Shown: positions 47,138 through 59,267, counted from the stretch's first letter. The stretch: 64,000 bases of DNA from Pseudomonadota bacterium (GCA_043809315.1 JAZDDX010000020.1:1-64000); one strand, 5' to 3'. Notes: generated by a model not told the origin, from the letters alone. A program made the numbers and translations.

Positions 47138-49108
47138 TCAATTGGCCGACGCAAACTCGCCGGCTTCCGCGATCAGGTTGGTATAAAGACCGTCCGTCTC
47201 CTTCACCACCACGTATCCCCCATTGGTTCTCACGTTATCGAGAAGATAGAGGAACCAGGCAGCGCGTCGACCGTTGCCCGACTGTACCCACGCTGGGATG
47301 CGTCGCCGGAATTCCCACATAAATTTTTCCGGAGACATCACTTCGTTGAACTTCCGACGGATCGCCTCTTTGAGGACCGAAGCGAAGATCCCCTTCGGAG
47401 TCGTTCCTTTGCCGAAGCCGAGCTTTCTCAGGTAGTCGATGCAAGGATCGGGTCCCGGCAGCAACGCATCCACACTCCACATCTTTTCCCAACCGAACGT
47501 CGTCAATAGGTCGCGGGAATACATCCTCTGGCTGAACAGACAGGCGTTATAGAAGTCGGTGAAGTGGATCACGGCCTTCGGCATCGTTCCCACATCTTTT
47601 TCCAGAACGAGTCCGAGATCGCTCGCTTTCGGGTGAGCCGGATCGATTTCCGTCCCGTCCGGGCCCGTCGAAACGGAAGGGCTCTTCTTTCCGTTGTACG
47701 AAGGGTCGTCCCGGACCAACTCGAACGGCTCCAGCGTGATCATCGAATCGATGTAAAGGTACGAAAGGACCTGCCGGTCGTAATCCTTTCCTCGTTCGTC
47801 GCTGAGTTTCGGTTCCAGGACCGCCTTCTGATCGCTGGTGGGGCCGAGGTAGGAGTCGTACTCGCCCCCTCGGAAGTTATCGACCCCTCCCAACACGTGG
47901 AGAAGCTCGTGCAGGAACGTCCTTCGGATCCTCCGGATCAGGAGTTCCGACGGGTATTTCTTCTCGAACTCCGCTTTGTAGGCCGAGAAGAAAATCTCGA
48001 TGTCGGCGTCCTGGATCTCCCCCGTGGCCGGGTCGACGTACAGGTGAGTCTGCGCGTAGCCGTTGTTCCCTTCTTTCCGCTCGGAGAACCGGATCGTGTG
48101 CGTGGCGTACTCCGCCATCGGTGCGTCGCTGGTCGACCCGAAACGCATCAACGGGGTATCGGACGTGGTGATCTTTAGCTCGCTCGCCACTCGGTTCAGG
48201 TAGCCGATCACCTGCTTCATCATCTCCTGGTAGTCGGCCGGCAGATTCGAGTTCGGACGGAGAACGATCGGGAACTTTTCGCGATCCCACCGGGTGAGAA
48301 CGAATTTGCGGGTCCCCTCTCTTCCGATGTCGATGTACCCCGTTCCCAGCGTGTCGTCGGCAATCGGCGTGAAACTCTCGTTCGGAAAAAGCGGATGCTG
48401 ATTGAGATCTTCTTTGGATACAAAACGATCGCTCCCGGCCGGGGGCTCCGACGTACGAGGAATCATCATCCGCTCGACCTCCACGGGTGCTTGAAGAGGG
48501 GGCGGGGGTTCTTTGCGCGGAGGTTCACTCTTCGGCTTCGGAACTGGTTTCGTCCCTTTCCGGATTTCGAGATTGGGATCTTTTCTCGGTTTTGACGGTT
48601 CCGGCGCCTTCGGTTTCGTCGGACTCGGTTCTTTCTTCGGCTCTTCCTTTTTCGGAATCGTCACCTTGAACGGTTCGCTGGGCGGGCTCTCCTTTTTCTT
48701 CGAGTCGACCGCGACGACGTAGACGTAGAAAACGTCGGCCCCGTCCGGCGGAGAAACGATCGCTTCCGATTTCCCGTCGACCTGTCTTTGGGCATCGTGC
48801 AGGTCGAACTCCGTCACGTCGTCTCGAGTTTCGACAAAGATGTAGAAGGAGAGATCTTCGACTGCGACATCTGAATCGGACGGAAGCTCCCAGGTCACGC
48901 GGTACTCGTTGCCCGATTTCTCCACATCGGTGATGACCGGGGCCGGGGGAGTCGGCTTCTTGGGATTCTCCTCAATGACGATGACCGTCGGCGTGGCGGT
49001 GGGGATAGATTCCACCGCTGACTCGTTCGTCTTGGTTTGTGTGCAGGCGGCCATCGACAGCAGACCCGCCACAAGGAACCAAGTGAGCCGTTTTTCCGAA
49101 GACACCAT
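47138..49108 (-). CDS. Lipoprotein with FN3-like domain, Pro/Lys-rich linker and zinc metalloprotease domain
   Basis: MAA-C lipobox; VTWE...YVYVVAVD....ES.PS; PKKEEPKKEP linker; IQDADI and HELLHVLGGVD. Confidence 0.75.
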   Translation of the reverse strand: MVSSEKRLTWFLVAGLLSMAACTQTKTNESAVESIPTATPTVIVIEENPKKPTPPAPVITDVEKSGNEYRVTWELPSDSDVAVEDLSFYIFVETRDDVTEFDLHDAQRQVDGKSEAIVSPPDGADVFYVYVVAVDSKKKESPPSEPFKVTIPKKEEPKKEPSPTKPKAPEPSKPRKDPNLEIRKGTKPVPKPKSEPPRKEPPPPLQAPVEVERMMIPRTSEPPAGSDRFVSKEDLNQHPLFPNESFTPIADDTLGTGYIDIGREGTRKFVLTRWDREKFPIVLRPNSNLPADYQEMMKQVIGYLNRVASELKITTSDTPLMRFGSTSDAPMAEYATHTIRFSERKEGNNGYAQTHLYVDPATGEIQDADIEIFFSAYKAEFEKKYPSELLIRRIRRTFLHELLHVLGGVDNFRGGEYDSYLGPTSDQKAVLEPKLSDERGKDYDRQVLSYLYIDSMITLEPFELVRDDPSYNGKKSPSVSTGPDGTEIDPAHPKASDLGLVLEKDVGTMPKAVIHFTDFYNACLFSQRMYSRDLLTTFGWEKMWSVDALLPGPDPCIDYLRKLGFGKGTTPKGIFASVLKEAIRRKFNEVMSPEKFMWEFRRRIPAWVQSGNGRRAAWFLYLLDNVRTNGGYVVVKETDGLYTNLIAEAGEFASAN

Positions 49109-49216
49109 CCCGGAAAGAATCAGAGCAAGAACGGTACCAAGATTCGTGCCAGTAAATACGGGGAGTTAGGCGTTCTCGGGGTGCCGAACGGACGTCTCTG
49201 TGTTACAAAATCCCCC

Positions 49217-49780
49217 ATGAGAACTGCCGTACCGCTGGAAAAGAGCTACCTCCTGTTGAACCACGGCCCGACCGTCATGGTCTCGGCCCTGCATGCCGGA
49301 AAAGCGAACATCATGTCGGCAGCCTGGGTGATGCCGATCGATTTCGATCCCCCCAAGGTGGCGGTGGTCATTGGAGGAGACACGAAGACGAGAGGACTGA
49401 TCGGTGAATCGCGCGAATTCGTCCTGAACATCCCCTCATCCGAGCAGGCCGATCTGGCGTTCACGGTCGGTCGAACGAGCGGCGCGGAGGTCGATAAATT
49501 TACAAAATTCGGGATCAAGACCTTCGCCGGATCGAAGGTCGCCGCCCCTCTCGTCGAGGGGTGTCTCGGCTGGCTCGAGTGCCGTGTGATCCAAGAGCCC
49601 AGGATGGCGAAAGAGTACGACCTGATTCTCGGCGAGGTGCTGTCCGCATGGGTTGAGAAAGAGTTGTTCGGTGAAGACGGCTGGAAATTCGACCCGAAAC
49701 GGCCGGCGACACTCCATCATTTGGGAAGCGGCCGGTTCGCCGTCCCTTCCCGGACGCTGACCGCAACCAAGCTTCGCTAA
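49217..49780 (+). CDS. Flavin reductase-like (flavoredoxin-type) protein
   Basis: [52 protein letters not shown]. Confidence 0.9.
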   Translation: MRTAVPLEKSYLLLNHGPTVMVSALHAGKANIMSAAWVMPIDFDPPKVAVVIGGDTKTRGLIGESREFVLNIPSSEQADLAFTVGRTSGAEVDKFTKFGIKTFAGSKVAAPLVEGCLGWLECRVIQEPRMAKEYDLILGEVLSAWVEKELFGEDGWKFDPKRPATLHHLGSGRFAVPSRTLTATKLR

Positions 49781-51294
49781 CTCAGTTTTTTCCAACGACG
49801 TCCGTCACGAAAGAGAAGTTGCTCCGCTTCCGCCGGTCCGTCGCTTCCCGGTTCGTACTCGATCAACGGCGCTTTCGGATCCTTCTCCCAGGCATCGAGC
49901 ATCGGGGTCACGAAATCCCATGACGCCTCGACGCCGTCCCGACGCGAAAAGAGCGTCTGATCCCCTTTCATGCAATCGAGCAGAAGGCGCTCGTACGCCT
50001 CCGAGAGGGGACGTCCGAACGCCCGGGCGTAATCCATGCTCATCGAAACGGTCCCGACGGAAAGATGGTTTCCGGGGACCTTCGCCGCGAACGTCATGCT
50101 GATCCCCTCGTTCGGTTGGATCCGGAGGGTCAAGACGTTCGGCTCAACCAGCTGACAAGCCTCCTTCTCGCCAAAGAGACAAAGCGGGATCGGCTGAAAC
50201 TGAATCGACAGCTCGGTCGCGCGTTTTCCCAGATTCTTCCCGGACCGCAGATAGAACGGCACCCCCTGCCATCGCCAGTTGTCGATCATCACCTTCATCG
50301 CGGCGAACGTCGGCGTCCGCGAGTCACGGGAGACCCCCTCCTCTTCCCGATATCCGAGATACTGCCCGTGGACGATCTGTGAATTTGCTCCATCGTACGA
50401 CAGGGGGCGCAGAGACCGGAACAGTTGAACCTTCTCGTCCCGGATGGCGTCCGCATGAAACGAGACCGGTGGCTCCATGGCGGTCAGGGCGAGAAGCTCC
50501 AGAAGGTGGTTCTGCACCACGTCCCGGACGACCCCGGCCCGGTCATAGAACGACCCGCGGTGCTCCACGCCGATCGTTTCCGCCGCCGTGATCTGGACGT
50601 GGTCGACATATTTCCGGTTCCAGAGATGTTCGAAAATCGCGTTCCCGAAACGGAAGACCAAGATGTTCCGCACCGTCTCTTTCCCTAAGTAGTGATCGAT
50701 CCGAAACGTCTGACTCTCGTCGAGCCACCCTGCCGTCAAGCGGTTGAGTTCGCGAGCGGAGGTGAGGTCGTGCCCGAACGGTTTTTCGATGATCACGCGG
50801 GACCACGGCTCCCCCCCGGGAGGAACGATCAGGCGGTTGGCGACGAGATTCTTGAGGATGACCGGGAAGAGATCGGGGGGCGTAGCCAGATAAAAGATGC
50901 GGTTCCCTCCAGCCAAACGTTCGCCCAGCTTTCGGTAGAGATCGGCCACAGCATAATCCCCCTGGACATAGTCGAACTCGGAAGCGAGCGAATCCCAGGC
51001 TTTCCGATCGATCGGCTGCCGACGGGAATGCTGGCCGGCTGCACGGAGCAGCTCCTTCCGCCACTCTTGGACGGTCATTCGGGTGCGTCCCACCCCCGTG
51101 ACGTGGAACGGATCGGGGAGTGTCCCGTCCGCTTTCAAGTTGTAAAGCGCAGGGACCAGCTTTCGTCCGGTTAGATCCCCAGACGCCCCAAAGATCACCA
51201 GCGAGCAGGGCTCCGGATTCTTCTCCTTTAGAACAGGCACACCAGGAAGCTCCGAGGCGCGGACACCGAAATGAAGTCGATCGCGATCTTCCAT
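49777..51294 (-). CDS. zwf: Glucose-6-phosphate 1-dehydrogenase
   Basis: [43 protein letters not shown]. Confidence 0.97.
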   Translation of the reverse strand: MEDRDRLHFGVRASELPGVPVLKEKNPEPCSLVIFGASGDLTGRKLVPALYNLKADGTLPDPFHVTGVGRTRMTVQEWRKELLRAAGQHSRRQPIDRKAWDSLASEFDYVQGDYAVADLYRKLGERLAGGNRIFYLATPPDLFPVILKNLVANRLIVPPGGEPWSRVIIEKPFGHDLTSARELNRLTAGWLDESQTFRIDHYLGKETVRNILVFRFGNAIFEHLWNRKYVDHVQITAAETIGVEHRGSFYDRAGVVRDVVQNHLLELLALTAMEPPVSFHADAIRDEKVQLFRSLRPLSYDGANSQIVHGQYLGYREEEGVSRDSRTPTFAAMKVMIDNWRWQGVPFYLRSGKNLGKRATELSIQFQPIPLCLFGEKEACQLVEPNVLTLRIQPNEGISMTFAAKVPGNHLSVGTVSMSMDYARAFGRPLSEAYERLLLDCMKGDQTLFSRRDGVEASWDFVTPMLDAWEKDPKAPLIEYEPGSDGPAEAEQLLFRDGRRWKKLS

Positions 51295-51297
51295 GGT

Positions 51298-52014
51298 TCA
51301 CCCTTTCGAACTTTTCTTGAGCAACCGTGCCGCCATCTGATCGAGGAACCAGACGGACTCGTCCGGTTCGATCTTGATCCGCCCGACCGGAAACGCGGCC
51401 GCTTCGACAGATCTTTCGAACAGCTTTGCAACGGTCTCCGCTTTGTCTTTCCCCGAGACGAGAAGGAAGACCTTCCGAGCTGAATTCAGGATCGGGAGGG
51501 TCATCGTGATCCGGACGGCCCCCGAAGGGGATTTGGCGGGTGCGACCCAACGCTTCGTTTCGGAAAGGAGATCGCTCCCCGGGAACAGGGAGGCGGTGTG
51601 TCCGTCGGCTCCCATCCCGAGGAGAACGAGATCGAATTGGGGTCTGGATCCGAGGGACCGGCGGATCTCCATTTCGTAGTCTCGAGCGACCTGATCCGGA
51701 TCCCCGTGCTCCGTCTTCATCCGGTGAATCCTGTCGTCGGGGATCCCCCCTTTTCCAAACCAGGCCTCCGACACCATCCGGAAGTTGGATTCGGGGTGAT
51801 CGGGTGGAACAAAGCGCTCGTCGCCGAAGAAAAAATCGACCCGATCCCACCCCGTACGTTCGGAAAGGAGTTCGTACAGGCGACGCGGCGTCGACCCCCC
51901 TGCCAGGACCAGAGAGGCTTTTCCCCGGAGACGGGCCCCCTCCAAACAAAACCGGGCGACCTCTTCCGAAGCCGCCCGGCTTAAACGTTCGAGATCCGGA
52001 AAGACCCGAATCAT
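51298..52014 (-). CDS. pgl: 6-phosphogluconolactonase
   Basis: LAGGSTP, GDERFVP, SNF, LGMGADGHTASLFP, RITMT. Start moved to the ATGA overlap with pepD. Confidence 0.95.
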   Translation of the reverse strand: MIRVFPDLERLSRAASEEVARFCLEGARLRGKASLVLAGGSTPRRLYELLSERTGWDRVDFFFGDERFVPPDHPESNFRMVSEAWFGKGGIPDDRIHRMKTEHGDPDQVARDYEMEIRRSLGSRPQFDLVLLGMGADGHTASLFPGSDLLSETKRWVAPAKSPSGAVRITMTLPILNSARKVFLLVSGKDKAETVAKLFERSVEAAAFPVGRIKIEPDESVWFLDQMAARLLKKSSKG

Positions 52015-53471
52015 TTCTTCGGGATTTCCTTCAGGACCTCCGTTACGAACGTCCAGAACTTCTCGACCGACGGGATATTCAGCTGCTCGTCCGGCGAGTG
52101 CGGAAAACGGATCGTCGGCCCGAACGAGATCGCGTCCATCGTCGGGTATTTCGACCGGATAATGCCGCACTCGAGACCGCCGTGCGTCGCCGAGATCTTC
52201 GCCTCTTTCCCGAATTTTTTCTTGTAGACCTCCTTCAAGGCCGCAAGAACGGGCGACTCGAAGTACGGTTCCCACCCCGGATACCCGCTGGTGACCTCAA
52301 CCTCGGCTCCGGCCAACTCGAAGACGTTCCGGATCATCGCCGCGATGTTCGGCCTCATCGACTCGATCGAACTCCGCAGCATGCTGTGGATCTTGACCAC
52401 GCCGTTCTCGCTCTTAATGATCGCCAGATTGGTCGACGTCTCGGCCACGTTCGGCATCCCAGGCAGAAGCGCGAAAGCGCCGTGCGGGCAGGCGTACACG
52501 GAGCGGATCAGCCGTTCCGTCGCGCTCGCATCCATCACCTTCCCCGGAAGATCCGCCTTCTCCACCTTGATCGTCAGTTCCGGATCGACCCGCTTGAGCT
52601 CCCCTTTGAGCCATCCGGTGACGGTTGCCGCCTTCTTGGTGAAAAGCTCGGCCTTTCCCTTCGGTACCGTCACGACCGCCCACGCCCAGCGCGGGATGGC
52701 GTTCCGGAGGTCTCCCCCTTCGATCTTCGCGATCCGTAAGGCCGTTTCTTTCCAGGTTTCGTAGAGAATCCGGTTCAGGACCTTGTTGGCGTTCCCGCGG
52801 TTCAACTGGATATCGACCCCCGAGTGCCCCCCTTTGAGCCCCGTGATGTCCACTTTGTACGCCACGGAATCGGTCGGAACCGACTCCTCTTTGTACGTCA
52901 GCTTCGCGATCGCGTCGCACCCGCCGGCGCATCCGATGCAAAGTTCCCCTTCATCCTCGTTGTCGAGATTGATGAGAATGTCCCCCTTCAAGAGTCCCGG
53001 TTTCAGCTTCTCAGCCCCGGTCATCCCCTGCTCCTCGTCGATCGTGAAGAGGGCCTCGATCGGGCCGTGGGTCAGATCCTTCGCCTCGAGAACGGCAAGC
53101 ACCGTGGCTACGCCGATCCCGTTGTCTGCGCCGAGAGTCGTCCCCGTCGCCTTGACGAGGTCCCCCTCGATCCGCGGGCGGATCGGATCGGTCGGAAAGT
53201 CGTGTTTCACGTCCTGGTTCTTCTGGGGAACCATGTCCAGATGGGTCTGAAAAACGACCCCGCGCCGGTTCTCCATCCCTTTCGTGGCCGGCTTCCGGAT
53301 GATCACGTTTCCCGCTTCGTCGATCGTCGACTCCAACCCGCACGATTTGCCGAAATCGCGGACATACTCCGCGATCTTCTTCTCGTGCGTGGAGGGGTGA
53401 GGGATCGAACAGATCTTCTCGAAATGGTTCCAAATTGCGGTCGGTTTCAGATTTCCCAAAACGTTTCCCAT
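52011..53471 (-). CDS. pepD: Aminoacyl-histidine dipeptidase (M20)
   Basis: HLDMV, TTLGADNGIG, DEEQG, GGHSG, HGGLECG, HSPDE. Confidence 0.95.
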   Translation of the reverse strand: MGNVLGNLKPTAIWNHFEKICSIPHPSTHEKKIAEYVRDFGKSCGLESTIDEAGNVIIRKPATKGMENRRGVVFQTHLDMVPQKNQDVKHDFPTDPIRPRIEGDLVKATGTTLGADNGIGVATVLAVLEAKDLTHGPIEALFTIDEEQGMTGAEKLKPGLLKGDILINLDNEDEGELCIGCAGGCDAIAKLTYKEESVPTDSVAYKVDITGLKGGHSGVDIQLNRGNANKVLNRILYETWKETALRIAKIEGGDLRNAIPRWAWAVVTVPKGKAELFTKKAATVTGWLKGELKRVDPELTIKVEKADLPGKVMDASATERLIRSVYACPHGAFALLPGMPNVAETSTNLAIIKSENGVVKIHSMLRSSIESMRPNIAAMIRNVFELAGAEVEVTSGYPGWEPYFESPVLAALKEVYKKKFGKEAKISATHGGLECGIIRSKYPTMDAISFGPTIRFPHSPDEQLNIPSVEKFWTFVTEVLKEIPKK

Positions 53472-53603
53472 GGTCCTATGCTCCCGGTTTAAGGTTAGTA
53501 CCGATCGTTTGCCACAAGCCCGGGCTGATTTCCAGTAAGAAAGCGGTCCTCCTTGCGATCCGGAGGGGCCGGGCCTAAAGTATGGCTTCGCCGGGAGAAT
53601 TCG

Positions 53604-55004
53604 TTGACCCCAAGATCCGAAGCCGACCGAGAAAAACGTGCCGTAGCCCTTTCATCAGTGGTGGCGGCGGTTTTTCTGACGGGGATGAAGCTTGCCGTCG
53701 GCCTCTGGACCGGAAGCTTGGGGCTCCTCTCGGAAGCCGCTCATTCGGGGCTCGATTTCGTCGCCGCCGCCATAACGTTCTTCGCGGTCCGGGCGGCGGG
53801 CAAACCGGCCGACCCCGAGCACACCTACGGTCACGGGAAGATCGAGAGCCTTTCGGCCCTCTTTGAGACGTTTCTGCTCCTGGTGACCTGCATCTGGATC
53901 ATCTACGAAGCATGTCGACGCCTCTTCTTTGACGAGGTGCACGTGGATGCCAACATCTACGGGTTCGTCGCAATCGCCCTTTCGATCGTCATCGACTTCT
54001 CGAGATCCCGGGCCTTGATGAAGACGGCCAAGAAATACCGGAGCCAGGCTTTGGAAGCGGATGCCCTTCACTTCTCGACCGACATCTGGTCGTCGCTCGT
54101 CGTTCTCTTCGGTCTCGGAATGGTCTGGCTGGCCCACCGTTTCGATTTCCCTCGCCTGGGGTACGCCGATTCCATCGCCGCGTTGATCGTCGCCGCCATC
54201 GTCATCTGGATCTGCTTCCGCCTGGGGAAACGGACGTTGGACGACCTTTTGGATGCCGTCCCCCCCGATCTCGTCGATCGCGTGCGGAACGCCTCCCGAG
54301 TCGCCGGAGTCGCCGAGGTCAAGCAGGCGCGTCTTCGGAGAAGCGGTCCCACTTTTTTCGCCGACATCACGCTCGCCGTCGGGCAGGATTCCCCGTTCTC
54401 GTTTGCACACCGGATCGCGCATGAGGCGGAGGAGGCGGTTCGAAAGATCCTCCCCGAAGCCGACGTGGTCGTTCATGTCGATCCCGCGGGAGAAGCACAC
54501 GACAACACCGTCGGCCGCATCCGTGAAATTGCTTCCAAACACGGACTTCAGGCACATGCGATCGCCGTATCGTCGGGAGAGAAATCGGGATCGATCGAGA
54601 TGCATCTTGAGATGGACGGAGGTCTTCGGGTGGCCGAGGCCCACGAGAAGGTCAGCGGCTTCGAAAAAGAGCTGCACGACACTCTCCCGAGATTCCCCGT
54701 CATCACCACGCACATCGAGCCGGTAACCGACGGGGTTCTGGACGACGCGGCCGCCAAGCCGGATGACGCCCAGCAGGTCCGGGACCTTCTGCGTGGGATG
54801 AGCCGCGAGAACCGGACGACCCTCGAAGCGCACGACCTCCAGGTCCGCCGGGAGGACGGAAAGCTCGTGATTGTTTTTCACCTGGTCTGTGACGGATCCG
54901 TGAGCCTCGCCGAGGCCCACACCCTGACGGCAAAGATCGAGGCGCGCTTACGCCAACAGATTCACGACGTTGGCCGCATCGTCATTCACACCGAACCGGC
55001 TTAG
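53604..55004 (+). CDS. Cation diffusion facilitator with three C-terminal dimerisation domains
   Basis: SEAAHS..D, HTYGHGK.E, ADA.H..TD; three AH...VH[VIT][DE]P modules. TTG start after GGAG; uncertain. Confidence 0.9.
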   Translation: MTPRSEADREKRAVALSSVVAAVFLTGMKLAVGLWTGSLGLLSEAAHSGLDFVAAAITFFAVRAAGKPADPEHTYGHGKIESLSALFETFLLLVTCIWIIYEACRRLFFDEVHVDANIYGFVAIALSIVIDFSRSRALMKTAKKYRSQALEADALHFSTDIWSSLVVLFGLGMVWLAHRFDFPRLGYADSIAALIVAAIVIWICFRLGKRTLDDLLDAVPPDLVDRVRNASRVAGVAEVKQARLRRSGPTFFADITLAVGQDSPFSFAHRIAHEAEEAVRKILPEADVVVHVDPAGEAHDNTVGRIREIASKHGLQAHAIAVSSGEKSGSIEMHLEMDGGLRVAEAHEKVSGFEKELHDTLPRFPVITTHIEPVTDGVLDDAAAKPDDAQQVRDLLRGMSRENRTTLEAHDLQVRREDGKLVIVFHLVCDGSVSLAEAHTLTAKIEARLRQQIHDVGRIVIHTEPA

Positions 55005-56263
55005 CAACAACAGGAAGTCGGCATGTTGGCGACGATCGCCTTGCCGAACGCCGAGGTCTTGAGCTCAGTCGCCCCGTCGATCTGGCGCGCCAAATCGTAG
55101 GTGACCTTCTTCTCCGACACCGCCCGTTCGAGCCCCGCGAGAATCAAATCCGCGACCTCATTCCACCCCAGGTGTTGGAACATCATGACACCGGAGAGGA
55201 TGAGTGACGACGGGTTGACCTTGTCCTGCCCCGCATATTTCGGCGCGGTTCCGTGCGTTGCTTCGAAGAGCGCCACCTCGTCGCTCATGTTGGCGCCCGG
55301 TGCCATCCCTAAGCCCCCTACCTGGGCGGCCGCCGCATCCGACAGATAATCGCCGTTCAGATTCGGCGTCGCGGCGACGTGATACTCCTCGGGCCGCAAG
55401 AGGATCTGCTGGAAGAAGCTGTCGGCGATCCGGTCTTTAAGGACGATCTTCCCGGCCGGCACCTTCCCGTTGAACTTTTCCATCACCTCGTCCTCGGTGA
55501 CAACCCGGTCCACGAACTCCGCCTTCGCAAGCTCATACCCCCAGGTCCGGAAGTACCCTTCCGTGAACTTCATGATGTTCCCTTTGTGGACCAGCGTGAC
55601 CGTCGGCAACTTATGATCGATCGCGTACTGGATCGCCTTTCGGACCAGCCGCTGGCTGTTCGCCTTGCTCATCGGCTTGATGCCGATCGCCGATCCTTTG
55701 GCGACCTTCTTCTTCGATTCCTGGTTGATGACCTCGATGACCCGCTCCGCCGAGGCGCTCCCCGCCTCCCACTCGATCCCGGCGTACACGTCCTCGACGT
55801 TCTCGCGGAAGATCACGAGGTTCATTCGTTCCGGATGCTTGACCGGCGACGGAACACCGGGGATCCAGCGGACCGGCCGAACGCAGGCGAAGAGATCGAG
55901 GTTCTGTCGAAGCGACACGTTGATGCTCCGGATCCCCCCGCCGACCGGGGTGGTCAGGGGCCCCTTGATCGCGACTTTGTACTCCGCGATCGCCTGGAGC
56001 GTGTCGTCCGGAAGCCATGTGTTCGGCCCGTAGATCTCGTTCGCTTTTTCGCCGGCGTAGATCTCGAACCACTCGATCCGGCGGGTTCCCTTGTAGGCGC
56101 GCTCCACGGCGGCATCGAAGACTGCTACGGAAGCCCTCCAGATGTCGGGTCCGATCCCGTCCCCTTCGATGAACGGTATGATCGGATTCTGCCCGACAAT
56201 GAGTTTCCCTTTTTCCGCCCGGATCTTTTCCCCACGCTTCGGGGGGGTCAGTTTCGTAAACAT
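55001..56263 (-). CDS. icd: Isocitrate dehydrogenase (E. coli-type homodimeric)
   Basis: [58 protein letters not shown]. Confidence 0.96.
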   Translation of the reverse strand: MFTKLTPPKRGEKIRAEKGKLIVGQNPIIPFIEGDGIGPDIWRASVAVFDAAVERAYKGTRRIEWFEIYAGEKANEIYGPNTWLPDDTLQAIAEYKVAIKGPLTTPVGGGIRSINVSLRQNLDLFACVRPVRWIPGVPSPVKHPERMNLVIFRENVEDVYAGIEWEAGSASAERVIEVINQESKKKVAKGSAIGIKPMSKANSQRLVRKAIQYAIDHKLPTVTLVHKGNIMKFTEGYFRTWGYELAKAEFVDRVVTEDEVMEKFNGKVPAGKIVLKDRIADSFFQQILLRPEEYHVAATPNLNGDYLSDAAAAQVGGLGMAPGANMSDEVALFEATHGTAPKYAGQDKVNPSSLILSGVMMFQHLGWNEVADLILAGLERAVSEKKVTYDLARQIDGATELKTSAFGKAIVANMPTSCCC

Positions 56264-56336
56264 GCGGGCACTTCTATAGAGATTCGGCGCACGAGACAAG
56301 ACGGAATGATGGCAGCCCGAGCATGGCGTGATCCCG

Positions 56337-59267
56337 TTATTCCCCCCCGCCGGTCACGTCTCCATGCGTCCCGACCTCGTCCAGGATGATTCTCAATCCC
56401 GTAACGGAGCGCTGAAAACGGAAGATAATCCGAAGCGCCTGTTTCCGGATTCCAAGCCTCGCCTTGTACGAACCTTTCTGGATCGTAAGCTCGTTGATCT
56501 GCAGTATCTTCCCGATCACCCGCTTCAACTGCGCATTCCCACGAATGTACCTGCTCAGGAGGATGAGGGCGCGGTTGATCCTCAACTTGTGATCCGGACT
56601 CAGCCCTTTGTAACCGTTTTCGAACCGATTGGTGACCTGAAGATCGTCCGGAAGATTTTCGGGCGAAACTTGCTCGGCTTGGGCGGTGATCGCATCCAGA
56701 TCTAGGCTCGCCGATTGCGCGATCTGTTGTTCGACTTCGAAGTCGTCCAGAGAGGTCGCATCCCCACTCTCCGCAGCTGCAGCCTGTTTCGGCTTGATCG
56801 AAATCCCCGTCTTCTTGAGATCGAGGTCGGGGGGGACCTCCTGACTCCCGAATCGATTCAACAGATCTTTCCGATTGGTGGCTTTGAGATCCTGGGCCAG
56901 GTTCGTCCGGAAGGTCCGAAGGCAATCCTCGAGCTGGATCGGGGTCAGGTCACGGATCGGTTTCAGGATGAGCTTTTCGATCTCCAGATAGATCGGCTCC
57001 AATTTCTCCCTGGAGTTCTCGGCGCGGTTCACTTTTTTGAGGAGCGAGATCCAACCGTTGAGACGAGGGATCAGTTCGGCCCGTTCCGAGATCCGCCGGA
57101 TCTCCTCTTCCGTGAACGTTCTCTGAGCTTTGACCGGCTCGGGGCGCCTTTCCGGTTTCGGCTTTCCGACTTGAAGCGCGCGCCGCTCCTCCGCCGCGCG
57201 TACCGCCCGGTCGGCCTCCTCCAATTCCCGGGAGGTCTTCTCCAGGTAGGGATCGGTTCGATCCGCCTCCTCCTGAACCTGATTCATGATTGTTTCGAGC
57301 TGGGCATCGGTCAACTCCACCGCCCCCACTTCGTCGTCCAGCCGGTGAATCCGGGCGTCCACCTCTTTCAGGAGGCCGCTTGCCCTGCTCGCCGTGAGGG
57401 GGCCGTCCTCCAGATTGAAGCTGCTGGCTGCCAGATCTGCGGGTAGAGGGGTCGAGTGAAGCAGACGGGCGATCTCGTACATCTTGTTATTCAGGAGTCC
57501 CAACCTTGCCTGGTGCTGATGCAGAAACCTCAGCAACCGAACGAGCTTCGGGCCGTCCGCGAGAGCGTTCTTTTTCACGGCCTCCCGGATCTGTCTTCTC
57601 AGAATGCCGTCCCGGAACTCGGTGACCCGTTGGGGAAAACCGAAGATCCCTTCCACGGTGCCCATGAAAAACCTCGCGACGATCCAGGCCCGAGTGTGAT
57701 CGCTCACGAGAGCGATCGCCCGGAGATCCTTTGAGCTCAACTCCCTGGTCGAACGGGTGCCCAAGATCATCCACAATCCAAATCGCCCTCCGAGCGGCAT
57801 TTTTTCCAACTCTCTCAGGCGGTCGAGCAGCCACCCCGGGAGATCGTCGGGAGGTTCATCCCGAAGGGCTTTCTCATACGTGTCTTTTGCGAAGTCAGAC
57901 CCTATCTTGAAAAAACTCGGTGGGTTGCCGGAAGACGACCGGCCAGTCCTTTTCTTCGAATTCTGAATATCGCGCGGATCCGGCTGCCGTTTCCGACCCT
58001 CTTGAATCCCCTGCTGCTGGAACCATTCGTACAACGACTCCTCTTCGGAAAGATCGGACTCCTCCAAGTCGGATCGCGCGTACCCTTTTTTCAACTCGCT
58101 CCGAATCGGTTCCATGACCTGGACGGCGCCGGAACCGACCGCCGAATTTTTCGGCAGGCCCGCCGGGTTTGAAAAGGGAACGGAAAGATTCGACGGCTGG
58201 AGGACTTGAAACGGCGCGACCGCCGGCCGGTTGGGCGGGGTCGTCGAAGCGGGGCTTCGGTACGAGGAAACCAGGCGCATGGTCGAACCGCCGCCGGATC
58301 CAACGCCGACCGGCTCGAAAACCGGTTCGAGCGGACCCGGCTCATACAATGGATACGATGAACCCTCCTCCGGCGGATTCGTCCGGAAACCGCGGATCAA
58401 CTCCTCCGCGGTGAGGTTGGACTTCGGGGGGTTCCCCGAACCTTTCGGCTCCACCGCATTCCGCAACCCCCCGATCAGGGTACCGAAACCGCGGATCGAA
58501 GCGAGAGCCGCACCGGCGCATCCTCCCGCAAAACCGAATGCGAAGTAGTTCACCTGGCGCGCGAGATGCGCACCGACCCCCTCGTAATCGTCGTCCAGGT
58601 AGAGCGTAAAGAATGTTCCGACGTTCCATGCGATCCAGAGGGAGAGCAAACCGATCACGATTCCGTCCACGACCAAGAGAATCGGCGCCCCCGGCGTGGC
58701 ATGCGCTGCCAAATACGCGTATCCGAAAACCGCCGCGCCGCTCATCGAGGCCACCCCGAGATCGATGAGAAGCGTTCTCACCGTCTCTTCCCCGTACATC
58801 CGCTCGAACTCGTCGATGAAACCGTTCCAGATCCGCGCCGCCGTCGAAAGATTCACCTGAACCTCTGTCTCCCGAAGGGTCTCGGGGTTGCGGATGACGA
58901 ACGTCGGTTCCACATTTTGGAGGGAGAGAGAGTTAATTCGCAAGAACTCGGGGGAAACCGAGATGCGACCGCTCGAGTCGATCTTGAAAATCTCCCCGGC
59001 GTACCGGATCGGCTTCTGTTCCCCGAACGAATAGCTGACGATCACCGGTGGCGAGGGACGGCTCGGGTCGATCGGGCAAACCGGCGGAAGCGGCTCGTTC
59101 TTCCCGGAGTGTACCTTCAGGTAGATCTTTTCCGGACGAAGTACGCGGACGCTCGCGCGTTCCGAACGATCGAGACTCTGCGCCATTGCGTAGTACGGCC
59201 CCATGCCGATCGAAACGATCAGCACCGCCGCCAGGCCGCTCACGATTTCCCGTTTCCAAAGCCTCAT
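56337..59267 (-). CDS. Large exported or membrane protein with a C-terminal RelE/YafQ-like domain (candidate toxin or effector)
   Basis: Signal-like N-terminus ending AMA-Q; 2-3 Gly/Ala-rich hydrophobic segments; Pro/Ser linker; helical region; last ~100 aa [14 protein letters not shown]...YKARL...LRIIFRF...[11 protein letters not shown]. The CDS is solid; the domain call is by eye. Confidence 0.65.
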   Translation of the reverse strand: MRLWKREIVSGLAAVLIVSIGMGPYYAMAQSLDRSERASVRVLRPEKIYLKVHSGKNEPLPPVCPIDPSRPSPPVIVSYSFGEQKPIRYAGEIFKIDSSGRISVSPEFLRINSLSLQNVEPTFVIRNPETLRETEVQVNLSTAARIWNGFIDEFERMYGEETVRTLLIDLGVASMSGAAVFGYAYLAAHATPGAPILLVVDGIVIGLLSLWIAWNVGTFFTLYLDDDYEGVGAHLARQVNYFAFGFAGGCAGAALASIRGFGTLIGGLRNAVEPKGSGNPPKSNLTAEELIRGFRTNPPEEGSSYPLYEPGPLEPVFEPVGVGSGGGSTMRLVSSYRSPASTTPPNRPAVAPFQVLQPSNLSVPFSNPAGLPKNSAVGSGAVQVMEPIRSELKKGYARSDLEESDLSEEESLYEWFQQQGIQEGRKRQPDPRDIQNSKKRTGRSSSGNPPSFFKIGSDFAKDTYEKALRDEPPDDLPGWLLDRLRELEKMPLGGRFGLWMILGTRSTRELSSKDLRAIALVSDHTRAWIVARFFMGTVEGIFGFPQRVTEFRDGILRRQIREAVKKNALADGPKLVRLLRFLHQHQARLGLLNNKMYEIARLLHSTPLPADLAASSFNLEDGPLTASRASGLLKEVDARIHRLDDEVGAVELTDAQLETIMNQVQEEADRTDPYLEKTSRELEEADRAVRAAEERRALQVGKPKPERRPEPVKAQRTFTEEEIRRISERAELIPRLNGWISLLKKVNRAENSREKLEPIYLEIEKLILKPIRDLTPIQLEDCLRTFRTNLAQDLKATNRKDLLNRFGSQEVPPDLDLKKTGISIKPKQAAAAESGDATSLDDFEVEQQIAQSASLDLDAITAQAEQVSPENLPDDLQVTNRFENGYKGLSPDHKLRINRALILLSRYIRGNAQLKRVIGKILQINELTIQKGSYKARLGIRKQALRIIFRFQRSVTGLRIILDEVGTHGDVTGGGE

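Noticed and set aside
48480-48700. Repetitive purine/pyrimidine-skewed DNA as a possible repeat array or CRISPR
   Set aside because: It encodes the Pro/Lys/Glu linker of the metalloprotease; there is no fixed repeat-spacer periodicity.
56328-56705. Antisense ORF over the RelE-like domain as a possible antitoxin or immunity gene
   Set aside because: It lies almost entirely antisense to the toxin-like domain, has no SD or recognisable fold, and looks like the other shadow ORFs.
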